Source: Octopus sinensis
Taxonomy: Eukaryota
NCBI RefSeq assembly: GCF_006345805.1
Contig: NW_021833114.1
Coordinates: 17,235 to 81,234, forward strand
DNA: 64,000 nucleotides
Reading direction: 5' to 3'
In this document: positions 10,821 to 23,191 of the stretch, in pieces
Layout: each line of letters starts with the position of its first letter
How positions within the stretch are numbered: position 1 is the first letter of the stretch
The notes under the pieces: model-generated
Databases searched by the model: none
Told to the model about the DNA's origin: nothing
What the model saw: only the letters and a program-made list of their open reading frames with translations
Program-made: the position numbers and the translations under genes

Positions 10821-11940
10821 ATGTCCCAACTGTCACGAAGTAAATTAGCACCTCCTAGTTCGCAAACCAGTTTGAGAAAGCTTAAAGAAGAAGAGGAGTG
10901 GACAAGACATGCCAACATAATGTGTGACAGAAGAGTTGTTCGCGGAAATACATATGCTCTTCCACTCATTCAAACCTGCGCTCCCAAGGAACCACAAAGA
11001 CCAAAGAGAAAAAATTTTCCAAGAAAAGCTAACACAGCATCTCCCTCACCAGTGAAAGGACGCTTACATATCGAAGTTCAGACTGAACTCTATCTCGAAG
11101 AACTGTCAGAACGAGTAGAAGAAATTGAGGCCGAAATACAGACCGACACATTTATTGACCGTCCAAAAACTCCTCTGTTTATTCCTGCAAAAACTGGCCT
11201 CGATGTTACTACCCAAATTTATGAGGGAGATGTACGATTGTCAATTCGGGTTTAGAGTCAGTTGTTTGACTTCGATATCGAAGTCGTGCCTATCTTGGAA
11301 GTTATCGTGGGGAAGACGATCGAGCAGTCACTTCTTGAGATTATGGAAGAGGAAGAGTTAGCTAACCTCCGCGAACAACAAAGACATTTTGAGGAACTGC
11401 GGAGTGCAGAATTAGTCGAACAACAAAGGCTTGAAGAACATGATAGACGACAAAAAGAAGAAAAGGTTTAAAGCAAAATTTGGATTGCAAGGAGAACAGA
11501 ATTAGCCAGCAACGGGCCACCCTTCTCGTTGAAAAGGAAACTGCTAGGAAAATGGCGGCCAGAGCATTGGCTAAAAGTTACTTAACTGATTTGGTTCCTT
11601 CCGTGTTTGACGGTCTTCGGAAAAGTGGGTATTTCTATGACCCCGTCGAGAGAGGTCGAATTAATTACTGTTTTGTTAAGAGCTTGAACGGGTCTGCATT
11701 CCTGTCTTGATGAAGCTTGTTCGGAATAAGTTGGATTGCGTCAATATAGGTTGTGGAATCATTGACCAAATCATAATCGATGCTAGCAGTCTTTTCAGTC
11801 AAGTTGAAAATTCTTTAGAAATGTCTAACGAGTCTCTACGCTTTAATCAGGAGAACGCACCTTTGAAAGAGGCCGATCAGTCGGAAGTTCTGTTGACTTT
11901 ATCAGAAAACAGTGTCGACTTAAATAAAACCACAATTTGA
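10821..11940 (+). CDS. RSPH3: Radial spoke head protein 3 (about 345 aa, 3 introns)
   Basis: NIMCDRRVVRGNTY, GRLHIEVQTELYLEEL, FIPAKTGLDVTTQIYEGD|LFDFDIEVVPILEVIVGKTIEQSLLEIMEEEEL; introns 11232-11261, 11466-11491, 11655-11680. Confidence 0.95.
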
Positions 11941-12219
11941 TATTAAAACAAACTAACAATTCTTTACTTAAATGAAAAAAATTCAACAAATGCAAGATAG
12001 GGACATTCATAGATAATCGAATAAATAGATAAATCAACCTCGATTTAAAATTTTTGTTTCAAAAAATGATTTTTTACTAATTTTTTATTAATATAAAATA
12101 CAATTGGTTAACTTTAATGAATAAATTATAATAATTAAATTTTAGTAATTAAAATCAAATGTATTTACCCAACTTTGATAATTTAATTCAGCAATTCCCA
12201 ACCGGGGTGTCGCGAGATT

Positions 12220-13500
12220 TTTAATCTCATCTCGTTACAGAACATCGTTCTTGCCACTGCAGAAGGGATTGAGTGCACGACCCGCGAGGACTGGGTTAAA
12301 TCCGCTCTTTCCCAAGTGTTAGGAAGAGTTTCCAGGATGCCCAGAAATGGGTGGCCTACCCTGCTTCAGTGCTTCAATCGACGCTTTAGCTCGAACCTAT
12401 CGTTAGATGCACAAAGAAGCTGGCCAAGACCTTCCTCCTGGCTTTCGTGGTTACGCCGTAAGGATGCCCCTCGTGTTCTGAACAACACGAGTACCAAGTA
12501 GCGAGTTATCGCTACTCTTGCAGGTTAAGGATATATTTATCAACGAGTTGAGGCGTGTCCGAGCAGAGAGGGAGGAGCTAATTCTCGTTTATCAGAAGAA
12601 ACTCTCAACTCATGAGTCTCGGTGTCAGCGCAGGCGAGAGAACAACCTGTTTGAATTTAATCGCAGGTTGTTCTATCGGTGTTATCACGGAGAGACGAAG
12701 GAGGGTGCCCAGCAAAAGGACAAAATGCTTGACACATGGGGTAGTATGTGGAAAGCACGTCCTCGAAAGGGTGTGTCGTTTCCGTTTTGTAGATCCGATG
12801 CTCCCTTGATGACCGAGTCTTGTGGTGTCTCTGACATCCGCAAGAAGTTCGATGAGGCAGTAAACCGTCTCTCTGACTAGAAAACACCTGGGTCGATAAG
12901 GTGTATAATTTCTTTATAAAAAATTGCAAACCAACCAGTAAAGTACTCGGCGGGATTGCTAGGGAGCTAAGGAGCAGGCACTGATCAACAAATGCCTCGC
13001 GAGAGCCACGGAAACTCACTAGTGTCGATGTGAGTGGATGTGAAGAAGGCATATGACTCGGTTGATCATGCCTACCTTGTTGAGTGTCTGCGAAGGCTCA
13101 AGTTTCCTTTGTGGTTTATCAAATTTGTTTCAACTGTATGGACAGGTGGAACGTGCATCTACACTACAACAAATGCGATATAGGCGAGGTTAAGCTAGAT
13201 AGGGGCATATTAAAGGGCGACAGTATCTCTCCGCTCCGTTTGTCCTCTGCCTAGAACCGCAGACTAGAGTCCTCACTGTCCGATTTGAACATATGTCGAT
13301 CGAACATGATGAAGGGTGTTTTAGCACCAATCATCTAATGTTCATAGACGACAGAGATCCTCTCATGTTCAAACTGTTCGCTCGGTCTTCAAAGATCCTT
13401 CACTCGATGGGCAAAGCCTTGGAAGGTTTTATGAAGGCCGTGGGTCTGGAGCTTAATTACAACAAGTCGTCGACTAACACCCCTGTGTGTGGTGATCTAG
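12220..13500 (+). mobile_element. Degenerate R4/Dong-like non-LTR retrotransposon (RT domain with frameshifts)
   Basis: QGAKEQALIN, WVDVKKAYDSVDHAYLVECL, RGILKGDSISP, TNHLMFIDD across frames. Confidence 0.8.
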
Positions 13501-14003
13501 TCAAAATTTTTTGCAAGTTACGGGTAATTCACGTAATTTACAAAAGAGTATTTGAAAATTCTTTGGGATATTCTACATAAATATTTTTACCCTTCTTAAA
13601 ATCGGAAGGTTGATTTTTAAGCTCTATAATTTAGTTAAAGATTTGTTAAAATAAGACAAAAATGTCATGCCGATTATTTTAAATTTATTTTGATGCTTAG
13701 CGAGCATAAAAAGATTAGGAAAAGCTGATTTAATTTATTTTAACTAATGTTAATTTTCAGAGCAAAAATTTCTTTGCCATAGGACATTTCCTGTAATGCC
13801 AGACATTTTTGTGATGCTGGTCTATATCAGATTACTGATTTAATATGCCACAAAATAGATTAACATATTTTTTAAGCTGTCAGGTTCTATAGATTATACG
13901 AAACTAACAAAGAATCGATTTGTCACGCCTCACTAATTGGAAAAACCAAAATTTTTATGTAATATAAATTTTTAAGTACAGTTAAACAAAACCAACTAGT
14001 TAA

Positions 14004-14460
14004 TTATGGCGAGTTGTTATTCAATCCCTGATTGAGAATGTTTTTTAATTTTGCATTCACTTTACTCTCCAATTTCTAAAAATCTTTATTATTGAAATAA
14101 CCTTGTATTTGTGATGAATAGAAATATTTTTTGTTGAATTCTGAAGCAATCATGTTTAAAATAAATACACTTTGAAGAAGTCCATCTTTGATTCCACGGT
14201 AGACAATTCCCACATATTACTAGCTTCGAAATCGAGTTGTTCAAGTTGTAGATCCTTGTAAAATAATAAAATGTAATTACTTTTTGCATTTTTTTTATTT
14301 TGAGGGTGATCCAGTTCTCAAAGTCAATCACTTTTTTGGCCAAATTTAATTGATCTTTATTATATTTTTGTGTGACCACGCGGTTTTGAATGTTTGTTTT
14401 TTTAGAAAACTGTTCCAAAAACTCAACACGCCCATGATTAATCGGATCATTATTTTCCAT
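14004..14460 (-). CDS. PP1 inhibitor of the PPP1R14 (CPI-17/PHI-1) family (about 124 aa, 3 introns)
   Basis: RVVTQKYNKDQL...IDFENWI resembles RVTVKYDRRELQRRLDVEKWI; introns 14255-14280, 14141-14170, 14076-14101 give an open frame. Confidence 0.7.
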
Positions 14461-14642
14461 TTTTATCTAAAAGTCGTTATATTTTATTTTGGTTTGAGGT
14501 TTTCCACGCAATTCTGCATTTTATTAAACAATTAGTTTATAATATTCCTTCAATATTTTTCAGAATAGAAAGAACTATCTGGGAAATTATCAGAAATATT
14601 GAATAAAAAATAATTGTTAAAAATAAATATGAAAGTTAAAGT

Positions 14643-15249
14643 TTATTTCTTGATCACAGTGTCTCCGTGTTTCCTATGATGTAGAAGTAGATGGTCAGAA
14701 CGGGAAAATTTTCGATGGCAAATCTCACACTTGAAGGGTTTGAGACCCGTATGTTTTCGTATATGTCGTTGAAGTTCGTCCGATCTTGCAAAAGTCCAGC
14801 AACATCCTGGCCAAGTGCAAGAATATGGTTTCTCGCCTAATTGTAATTAAAGTCAAGAAACCCGTGTGACTTCGAAAATGTGTTTTAAGATGTGAACTTT
14901 TCATGTAAGACTTGGAACACCCCTGAAATGAGCATTTAAATATGCGTTTCTGTTCACTTTTATCAGGATGAAGCTTCTTAGTTGTGTTTTTAGCCTGGGG
15001 AAGTATCGATTGATATGTTTGAAAGGATTGTTTGCAGTATTGAGTAATCGGAGGGTCAAAGATTATGTCATTATAATTATTGTATGTTTCATATGGGTTA
15101 TACAACATATTTTGTTCGTGAAAATGCTCATAGTATTGTTGGTCGTAGTACATATAGTCGTAAAAACCATTTATATATTCTTCGGGATTTTCTGAGTATA
15201 TTCCATCAGTGTTATAATAGTCCATCAAAACACAAATAACAAATGGCAT
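14643..15249 (-). CDS. Kruppel-like factor with three C-terminal C2H2 zinc fingers (about 193 aa)
   Basis: [27 protein letters not shown]|[52 protein letters not shown] after removing a 25-nt intron (14837-14861). Confidence 0.93.
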
Positions 15250-15661
15250 GTTTAAATAGGCATACCTGACCGCATTTGAGGTTTACCGACAAATTAATTT
15301 GTGAAGTGTAAAAGTGTTTGTTTATTCTGTCCAACCTATTTAATTTTTCACAACATCTACTGAATTATCTCTTAAAATATTCGGAATAACATAAAAGACA
15401 TGTAAAGTATCTCAAAATTTGAATTGAATTTTTTTTTCAAAAACTAAAAACTCAAAGAAAAAGGAAAAATCATTATCGGGGAAATAAAGACAAGGGACCA
15501 AAGTGTCGCTTTCCATCCTAACCCCGATTATAATTACCCAACACAAATTTTCTCTAGGACCATCCAGATCGTGGTCAAGAGGATTCTTATGAGTCTTCTA
15601 TCCTTCCTTCAAGTTGTCAAAATTTGATAGACAAAATCAAAGATCGCATTTTTTAAATTTA

Positions 15662-18046
15662 CTGTGACCGTCCATAGAATGGACACGCCGTTGAATGGAC
15701 ACTAGAGCATAAAAAGCAAAATAAATAGCAAATTCTATAAATAATTGATTGAAAATGCATTTTTTAATTAATTAAAATATTAATAGTTAATATTTTTAAT
15801 TATTTTTTTTAAGAGTGCAAAATGGGTTTTGTGAAACTGAAAGCTTCGGATCTAAAAATAAGCAAAGAAATTCAAGACGGCCAGTTAATTGATGAGCCGA
15901 ATGGGAATGTCGACCGTAAGAAAAGATTTCGATACAAAAATTTGGCCAAAAAATGATATTCAATGAAGATAAAGTGTATATTTTACACAAGGGCCTTCGG
16001 TTACGTTTTTTTGTGAGGACGAAGTGGAACTAAGGGAAAAAACCTTAGAGGTATTCAAAAAAGTTAAAAAAATTTTGGCGGAGCATAACTACAATCATTT
16101 CGGACGAGATAGATTGTTTAGTAAATTGCGAACATCTTATGTGACCGTCCATGGATTGTTTTTAGAATTTTTGCTAGAAATCTCACATCTTTAAGCTTTC
16201 TAAAAGTCTGTATCAAACACACCGCGGCCGAAGGCCGCATAGGGAACTGTATCAAATACGTCTTCAACGATTAGGGGTTTAGTCTAAGGCTGCATAAGAA
16301 ACAATACGTGTGCAGCAATTAAGGTTTGGTTAGGGTTCCCTTTAGAAATCTGTACTGGTCATCTCTAAAATTGCTGTTAGAATACCAACGTCTATTTTAT
16401 TTAATTTATTTATTAAAACACCAAGACCACGCTAAAAACCGAACAAATGTCACGTGATCCCGATGCACTCAACCAGGGACTTCATCCTCGCTCGGTGGTC
16501 TTTCCACGAGCCCACACAAGATCGCACAGGGCGGCAGGCCGTTTTTGGCGGAGCAGTCGCTGACGGGCCCAGGTTCAGCTTGATGAGGTCTTCCAGAGAG
16601 GCTGGACCGGGGCGTTGGCTATCAAGTGACCAACGATCGGTTAATCTGAGGGCCCTTTGTTGGGCCTCCTCGATTCGCCTCCTGTTGGACCACGATAGCC
16701 GCGGACCCCATGATCCGCAAGCGTACGCAACACAGGGTTCGAAGTACTGGCGGTAGATATTCGCCAGTACCGGGTGCGACCCGTTTTTCCAAATACCAGA
16801 TAGAGTTCGCAGAATGTTCAGTTTTTGTTCGCATTTGCGAAGGAGGTTGTCCACATGAGGGGAGAAACAGAGGTGCATGTCGAGGGTTACCCCTAGGACC
16901 GTCTGACTCCTGCAGAAGGGAACGGATATATTGTTCAGCTTTAAGTCGACAGACGTCCTTCCCAATCTTTTATCCGAGGTGAAGAGGGACTTGGCGGACT
17001 TCGCCGCGTTTACCACGAGCCGGTTGTCCGTCAGCCATAGGTTCAGCCGATCCAAGTTAGCTTGGAGCCTTTCAGAGGCCTTCTGGATGTCCCGGTCCCG
17101 TGAGGCTAGCACGATGTCGTCCGCGTATGAGAGAACAATGTCATTGTTGTCGAGGGAGTGAGGGAGGTCTTCCAAAAATAGGTTGAAGAGGGCCGGGGAT
17201 AAGGGGGATCCCTGAGGTACTCCGTTGGGTAGAAGACGAGATTTGGACTTCAGACCACCGAGGCACACCCTTCCCCTTCGTCCACTTAGGAAGTTGGTAA
17301 TCCATATTTTTAGCTTCAGAGGAAAGTCGGATTGGAATATCTTCCTTGAGAGGAGCTTCCTCGAGACGGAATCGAAGGCTTTATGGATGTCGACGGAGCA
17401 GAGCACGGTCTTTTGGTGCCTCGGTTTGCTGGAAAAACCGATATAGATGAAGTTTGACAAGGATTGGAGGTACGAAGACGTGGACTTCGCCTTCTTAAAA
17501 CCATGTTGAAAATGTCTTTCGGGTAAGAAAGCTTCTATTCTGCCAAGAACCAGTCTTTCTAGGATTTTTGACATCGAGCATAACAGGGAAATCGGCCTGA
17601 AAGAAGCCGGATCCCCTCTTGGTCTTCCAGGCTTCAGTATCGGTCTTATTAAGGCCTGTTTCCATAAAGCCGGAATTACGTTGTTGTTAATAGAATGGTT
17701 GAAGATTGCTGTTAGAAATCTGACACCTTCGACGCCAAGGTTTTTTAATAGGATCAAATAAATTTTACAAATAAATTCGATTTTATAACTATTAAAAAGT
17801 ATTATTTTAAAATGGTAAACCTCGAAATATAATAAACATTATGATTTTTAATCAATAATCGTAGAAAAAACGGTGTGGTTGGTTTTGTTAGCTCTCTTAT
17901 TTTCTCAAAACTCACCAAATTCATCGAAAATAGGCTCAAAATGGGACTTGGAAAAAATTAAGATATGTTTTATATGAGCAAAATTGAAATAAATGACATT
18001 TTGAAAGTGTCCACTCAAGGGCGTGTCCATTCAACGGACGGTGACA
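15662..18046. mobile_element. Non-autonomous element with pogo-like TIRs, containing a nested LINE
   Basis: Left ends (c)tgtgaccgtccatagaatggacacgcc at about 15662 and a partial copy at 16140; the right end gtgtccattcaacggacggtgaca|ta is their inverted repeat; flanked by TA. Confidence 0.55.
16394..17757 (-). mobile_element. I-group (Ingi/I-like) LINE, 5'-truncated, open RT frame with an internal C-terminal deletion
   Basis: 435-aa ORF with RPISLL, QHGF, DIHKAFDSV, GVPQGSPLSP, YADD, LGVTLD; (AAAT)-rich tail near 16394. Confidence 0.9.
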
Positions 18047-18096
18047 TATTTTATTAATAAATACATAATTTAAATTTCACGTTTATTTACATTTTT

Positions 18097-18960
18097 TTGT
18101 TGTCAATGGTTATGAACTACGAAACAAAATTAAAGATTGCTAAATTGATATCGAAGAAAAAATTATCTGAAAGACAGATAATTCAAAAATATAAAACTAG
18201 CAAAGGCATGATTTCACGAATAAAAAAAACAATTGTGCCTTTTCTTGAACAAGGAACTGTAAACACGGATGAAGATCCTATGCCTTATTGTGAGAAATCG
18301 AAATTTGGTGATCAAGTTTTTGAAATATTTCAGAAACTACGGGAAGATAAAGTTCCAATATCAGGTCCTTTCATAAAGAAAATCGCCTTATATACGGCTT
18401 CAAAGATTGGATTTGATTCCTTCAAAGCTTCAAACGGCTGGCTTGACAGATTCAAAAAGCGTCATGAACTGAGATTCAAATTAATTTGTGGAGAGAAAAA
18501 TTCATCTGACCTAACTTACATAAATGAGTTTTTTAAAATCCTTGACGAGAAAATTGCGGAATATGGAAGAGAAAATGTGTTTAATTGTGATGAAACAGCG
18601 CTTTATATAAAAAGGACACCGAGAAAGTCGTTTGTCGGAATAAATGACGATACTTTTGGCTTTAACCGTACTTCTTTGTTGCAATTCTATGGGAGAAAAA
18701 CTTGAGCCATTGATTGTTGGAAAATTTAAAAACCCTCGATGTCTCAAAAATTTCAATGTGAAAGATTTTGGAATTTCATACTCATCATCTAAAAATGCAT
18801 GGATGACTGGAAATATTTTTATGAGCTGGTTGACTCGGATAAATGAAAGATTTTATACAATCGACAGAAAAGTATTAATATTGCTTGATAATGCGGGATG
18901 TCATAAAACTATTGAATGCTAAAATATTGAGTTTTTATTTTTGCCAAAAAATACAACTGT
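18097..18960 (+). pseudogene. pogo/Tigger transposase pseudogene
   Basis: FKASNGWLDRFKKRH (CENP-B HTH), VFNCDET, AWMT, LLDNAGCH; frameshift near 18650. Confidence 0.88.
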
Positions 18961-19799
18961 ATTTGTTTTTTGTCGTTACTTTTCACTAATTAAAAAAATG
19001 AAAATCCGAATGAAGCAAGAGAAAAGGTTTTGTAGCATCTAGCTTGTTTAGTATGGGACCAAAATGTAGGCTTTTAAGGTGTCACTGGAGGAGTTTAAGG
19101 TGATATTTGAGTACACGAATTGTAAAATAGAGTATTTTTACTTTAAATAATTCGTTCGGTTTTGGAATCCACATTACTTATTAAACCGACTATGATTCGG
19201 ATTAGATTGTTTCTAATATTGGATAATCCAAATCCAGTGAGGTAGAATAGTAAAACAAATTTAAACTAGTATCAAAAATACTCCCGATATGTTAAGGACT
19301 TGAAGAGGATGACGGTTATTGGAGAGATCGATTTTTAATTTGAATTGTAGCTGAATCCAATTTATCAATTTAGTTATCAAATGAAATCTTATTAGATAAC
19401 TAGAAAAATTTATCTTTTTACAAATTTTGATTAGTGTTTAAGAAAAGTCAAAGAATGCTTATTTTTCAATAGGATTAAACTTTTTTTTATTTTGCCAGAT
19501 TTATGAAAAAGCAACTAAAAACCAACTCCGTGTTTTTTTGGCAGTCAGGTTGTGTATGCTTCCTTATAGAAAGATAAAATGAAAGAAAAAAACTCCAAGA
19601 CGATGGAAACTCTCAGGATAGTGGGGTGAAATCCCTCCGTTTGTCATGGGTGTAATAAAATCAACACCAGGAAATGTGGCGTTTTCTCTTTAATGTGTAA
19701 TAAATTCAAGCTGTACACATCCACCCGATATCTACCTGGTATGTTTTTGATGTTCCTGTCAGGGGTTGGTATTGTCGTGAGAATGTGACTTGTATGTTT

Positions 19800-19915
19800 T
19801 TTTTGAGAAAATGCTCATAGTATTGTTGGTCTTAGTACATATAGTCGTAAAAACCATTTATATGTTCTTCGGGATTTTCTAAGTATATTTTCTCAGTGTT
19901 ATAATAGTCCTCAAT
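19800..19915 (-). pseudogene. Partial duplicate of the KLF gene 5' coding region
   Basis: Near-identical to 15119-15225; reads [33 protein letters not shown] with an in-frame stop. Confidence 0.8.
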
Positions 19916-20473
19916 AAATGTAAAGATGAGGCAAAAAATTAAGTTCTATAAATGTCAAAATAGTCTGAAAAGTTTTTGAGGAGGCGGCAATGTAATTCCG
20001 AATATTACATTCGTATTCTCCCGCATCTTTTACATACCCCCTATACATTGTCGCTTCCATGACAAAAATAAATCTCTATAATATTTAAATCTGCGAAACA
20101 CGGCGATTAAGATTTGCTGAATCTATATATTCACCAATTAATTGTACTAGGAATTATCTATCAACTTAATAGTTTTGCACTGTCTAGTTTTCCAGGCGAG
20201 AGACTGACGCGATCGAGAAAGAGTTAGAGCGTACTGTCGCAAGAGATATCCGCTCAAAAAACCATCTCGACTCGCGAGCGTCGCCTGTGAATATAGACAT
20301 CCGAAATCCGGTAATCTCCAAGTTTCGACCAAGTATAAATCTCGACGTATAAGCAATAGATTTTAATTATTTTTTCATTATTTATTAATTTAGTTTGATT
20401 TTAATGGGATTGTCTATTGGATTGTCTGGATTTTCATATTTTTTAAGAATAAAAATTAAGCCGAAAAATCGTA

Positions 20474-22284
20474 CAGTTTACCCTCTATTGCTCGCCATTT
20501 CTATAACTCGCCACTTTTTTGGAAAAAATGCCATTTTTACTAAGGAAATTCCATTGCTCGCCACGTTTTAGTATTAAAAAATTAAAATTTATTATTAAAA
20601 AAAATAATTTTTTCAAATATTTATACCGCGTGTTTTTTTTTGTAACATGAGGAAGTGCTCAAGATTATTTTATGATCAAAAAAGAGAAATTATAAATTAT
20701 CTTATTGATAATTCTTCTCTAAGTCTAAGGCGTGTTTCAGAAATTTTTTCGTCGCGTTTCAAAAAATCAATTTCGAGACGTGCAATTAACGATCTTAAAT
20801 TGAACAAACAGAAGATTCTTGGAATTAATCCAATTTATGGGAGAAGTTCTCGTTTTTCGAAACTTAGATATTCAGCAATTGATTCTGAAATTATTGCCTG
20901 GATAGATTACATGGAATCTATTGGAGTTTGCCTCAATGATGAGATAATTTGTCGAAAGCAACTGAAATTGCTGCGTTAAATCTCTTCGAATTTAAAGCCA
21001 GTAAAGGATGGCTTGAAAAGTTCAAAAAAAGGCACAATGTAAAACTAAGAATTTTTCATGGTGAATTGGAATATACTGCGGATGAGTTCAAAGACCAAAT
21101 CGAAGACTTTAAAAAAATTATCTCTTCTAAAATAAATGAATATGGTTCAGAAAATGTTTATAATGCCGACGAAACCGGCGTATTTTACAAGACCATTCCA
21201 TCAAAAAGTGTCTGCAGGAAACGCCAACCAGGACAAAAATTACTTAAAGATAGGTTTAACATTTTTAGCTAATTTTCAGATTTTCATTAATGCTTTGGGC
21301 AAATATGACTGGATCCGATAAAAGAACCCCTTTGATGATCGGGCAGTTTAAGAAACCAAGGTGTTTTAAAAACTTGAACGTTGATGAATATTTACAATAC
21401 CGGAATTCTTCAAAGGCTTGGATGAACATGGAAATATTTAACGAATGGTTGTATAATTGGAACAAGACTCTCAAACAAAAACAAAAAAAGATACTTTTGG
21501 TTGTAGACCATTGTCCTTCACATAGAATAACAATCGAATTAAGTGATTCAAATCATTCAAAATCATTCAAATCTCATTTCAACAAATTTAAATTTAAACA
21601 TATAATTGAACAAATAACGCAACTATTGAATGCTATAAAAAATTAACCCTGAAAGATGCAGTCTTATTTTCTTATCTAGCCTGGAAAGGTGTGTCAGTGG
21701 ATAAAATATCAAAATGTTTTCAGCACGCCAAATGGGAAAACAGAATTGAAGAACCTATTATGGGAGACCATAAAATAAAAAATTTCGAACAAATTATAGA
21801 AAAATTAATGATCACAGATCCCATAAAAGAGAAGGAGTTTATAGACTTTACGTACTCTGAAAATGACGAACTTCATGAATTTGTTCAAAACAATAACTAT
21901 GAAAATAACGATGAAAATGCAATTTTAGACAGTTCAATTACTGAAGATTGTGAAAGAAACAACTGTATTACACATCGAGATGCGATAAAATGTATTTTTC
22001 ACATGACGATAATTTTGATGTGAATATGCTAGAAAGTTTTTTAAAAATGCAAAAAAATATAGAGAAAAGATCATACAAAAAAACTATAAATGATTGCTTA
22101 CTTAAAATTTTGGTTTTTTAAATAAATGTTTCGGCTATTTATTTAAATGTTTAGATAGTTAAAAATTATAGAAATTTTTTGTTGATAGAAAATAGGATAT
22201 TGATTATTTCTCTTACTCGCCAAATTCTCTTAGTCGCCAATTTTGGCTTGGTCCCAAAAATGGCGAGCAATAGAGGGAAGACTT
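20474..22284 (+). mobile_element. pogo/Tigger transposon with decayed transposase and a 26-nt intron
   Basis: TA|CAGTTTACCCTCTATTGCTCGCCA left TIR and matching right TIR ending at 22284|TA; FKASKGWLEKFKKRH, YNADET, KAWMN, VVDHCPSH. Confidence 0.9.
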
Positions 22285-23191
22285 TATTTGTAAACTATTA
22301 GGAGCAGAAATTGCAGCCGCATCAACAATAGACAATCCCATTTAAAATTATTCAATGTTGGCCATTGCATTCCACGTTTTTGAGGTATTTTTTTAATTAT
22401 ATGAGAAGTTTGGCGGGAAACAACGGTTGAAAGAGTAGGTGGTTGGTATATTTGTTAGTTTATTGACGATGTGTGTTTTCTTTAATTTATTAATATTAAT
22501 TATTTATTTCTAACAAGGAATTATTTTAATAAAATTTTAAATAATTTATTCTCTTGTGGTTTATACTTGGTCGAAACTTGGAGATTACCCGAAACCCGAT
22601 CTCCCGGTATCTTGGGAGGAAAAGCAATCAGCTTCATCAGCTACAAGAAGAATAAATTATGATAACGCCCAGTTACGCGTTCGCGATGTGACATATTATT
22701 TTGGTTATTATCACGTTTATTTACTTTTATTTTTATGAAATTATAATAAAATATTAAACATTTCATGTTTATCATATTAATAAACTCTTCCTCGAGTCTA
22801 CATGCTACTCGAGTAACTCTTACTCATATGAGCACTCTTTCGTCTTTTTAGAGTCTGTCTTTATATTCGGAGATTTCATGCACTTCATCAGGAATGCGTG
22901 CCCATCTATTTGCATAAGAGTTATCCGCGGGTAAAGGGGAAACTTGAGTAAAGTCAGTGCGATGATATCTGGTATCCTCCTGTTCGCCTCGGCATTTGTC
23001 TACCATTGTTCGATTCCGCACCGATATCAGACAATCCTGCTTTCCAATATTTTTTTGTTATTTTTGTGAATAAATAAAATCCTGACTAAAGTATAGATGA
23101 AAGCTTAACTAGGCGATCTCCATAAAAAGAAATTTTATATTTATATATTAATCGTTTTTATAGTTATTCATTGTGTGGTGGTATCAGGTCA

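Noticed and set aside
16454-17504. Short overlapping ORFs on both strands here (and at 29808-30602, 41491-42195)
   Set aside because: Shadow ORFs of GC-rich retrotransposon coding sequence.
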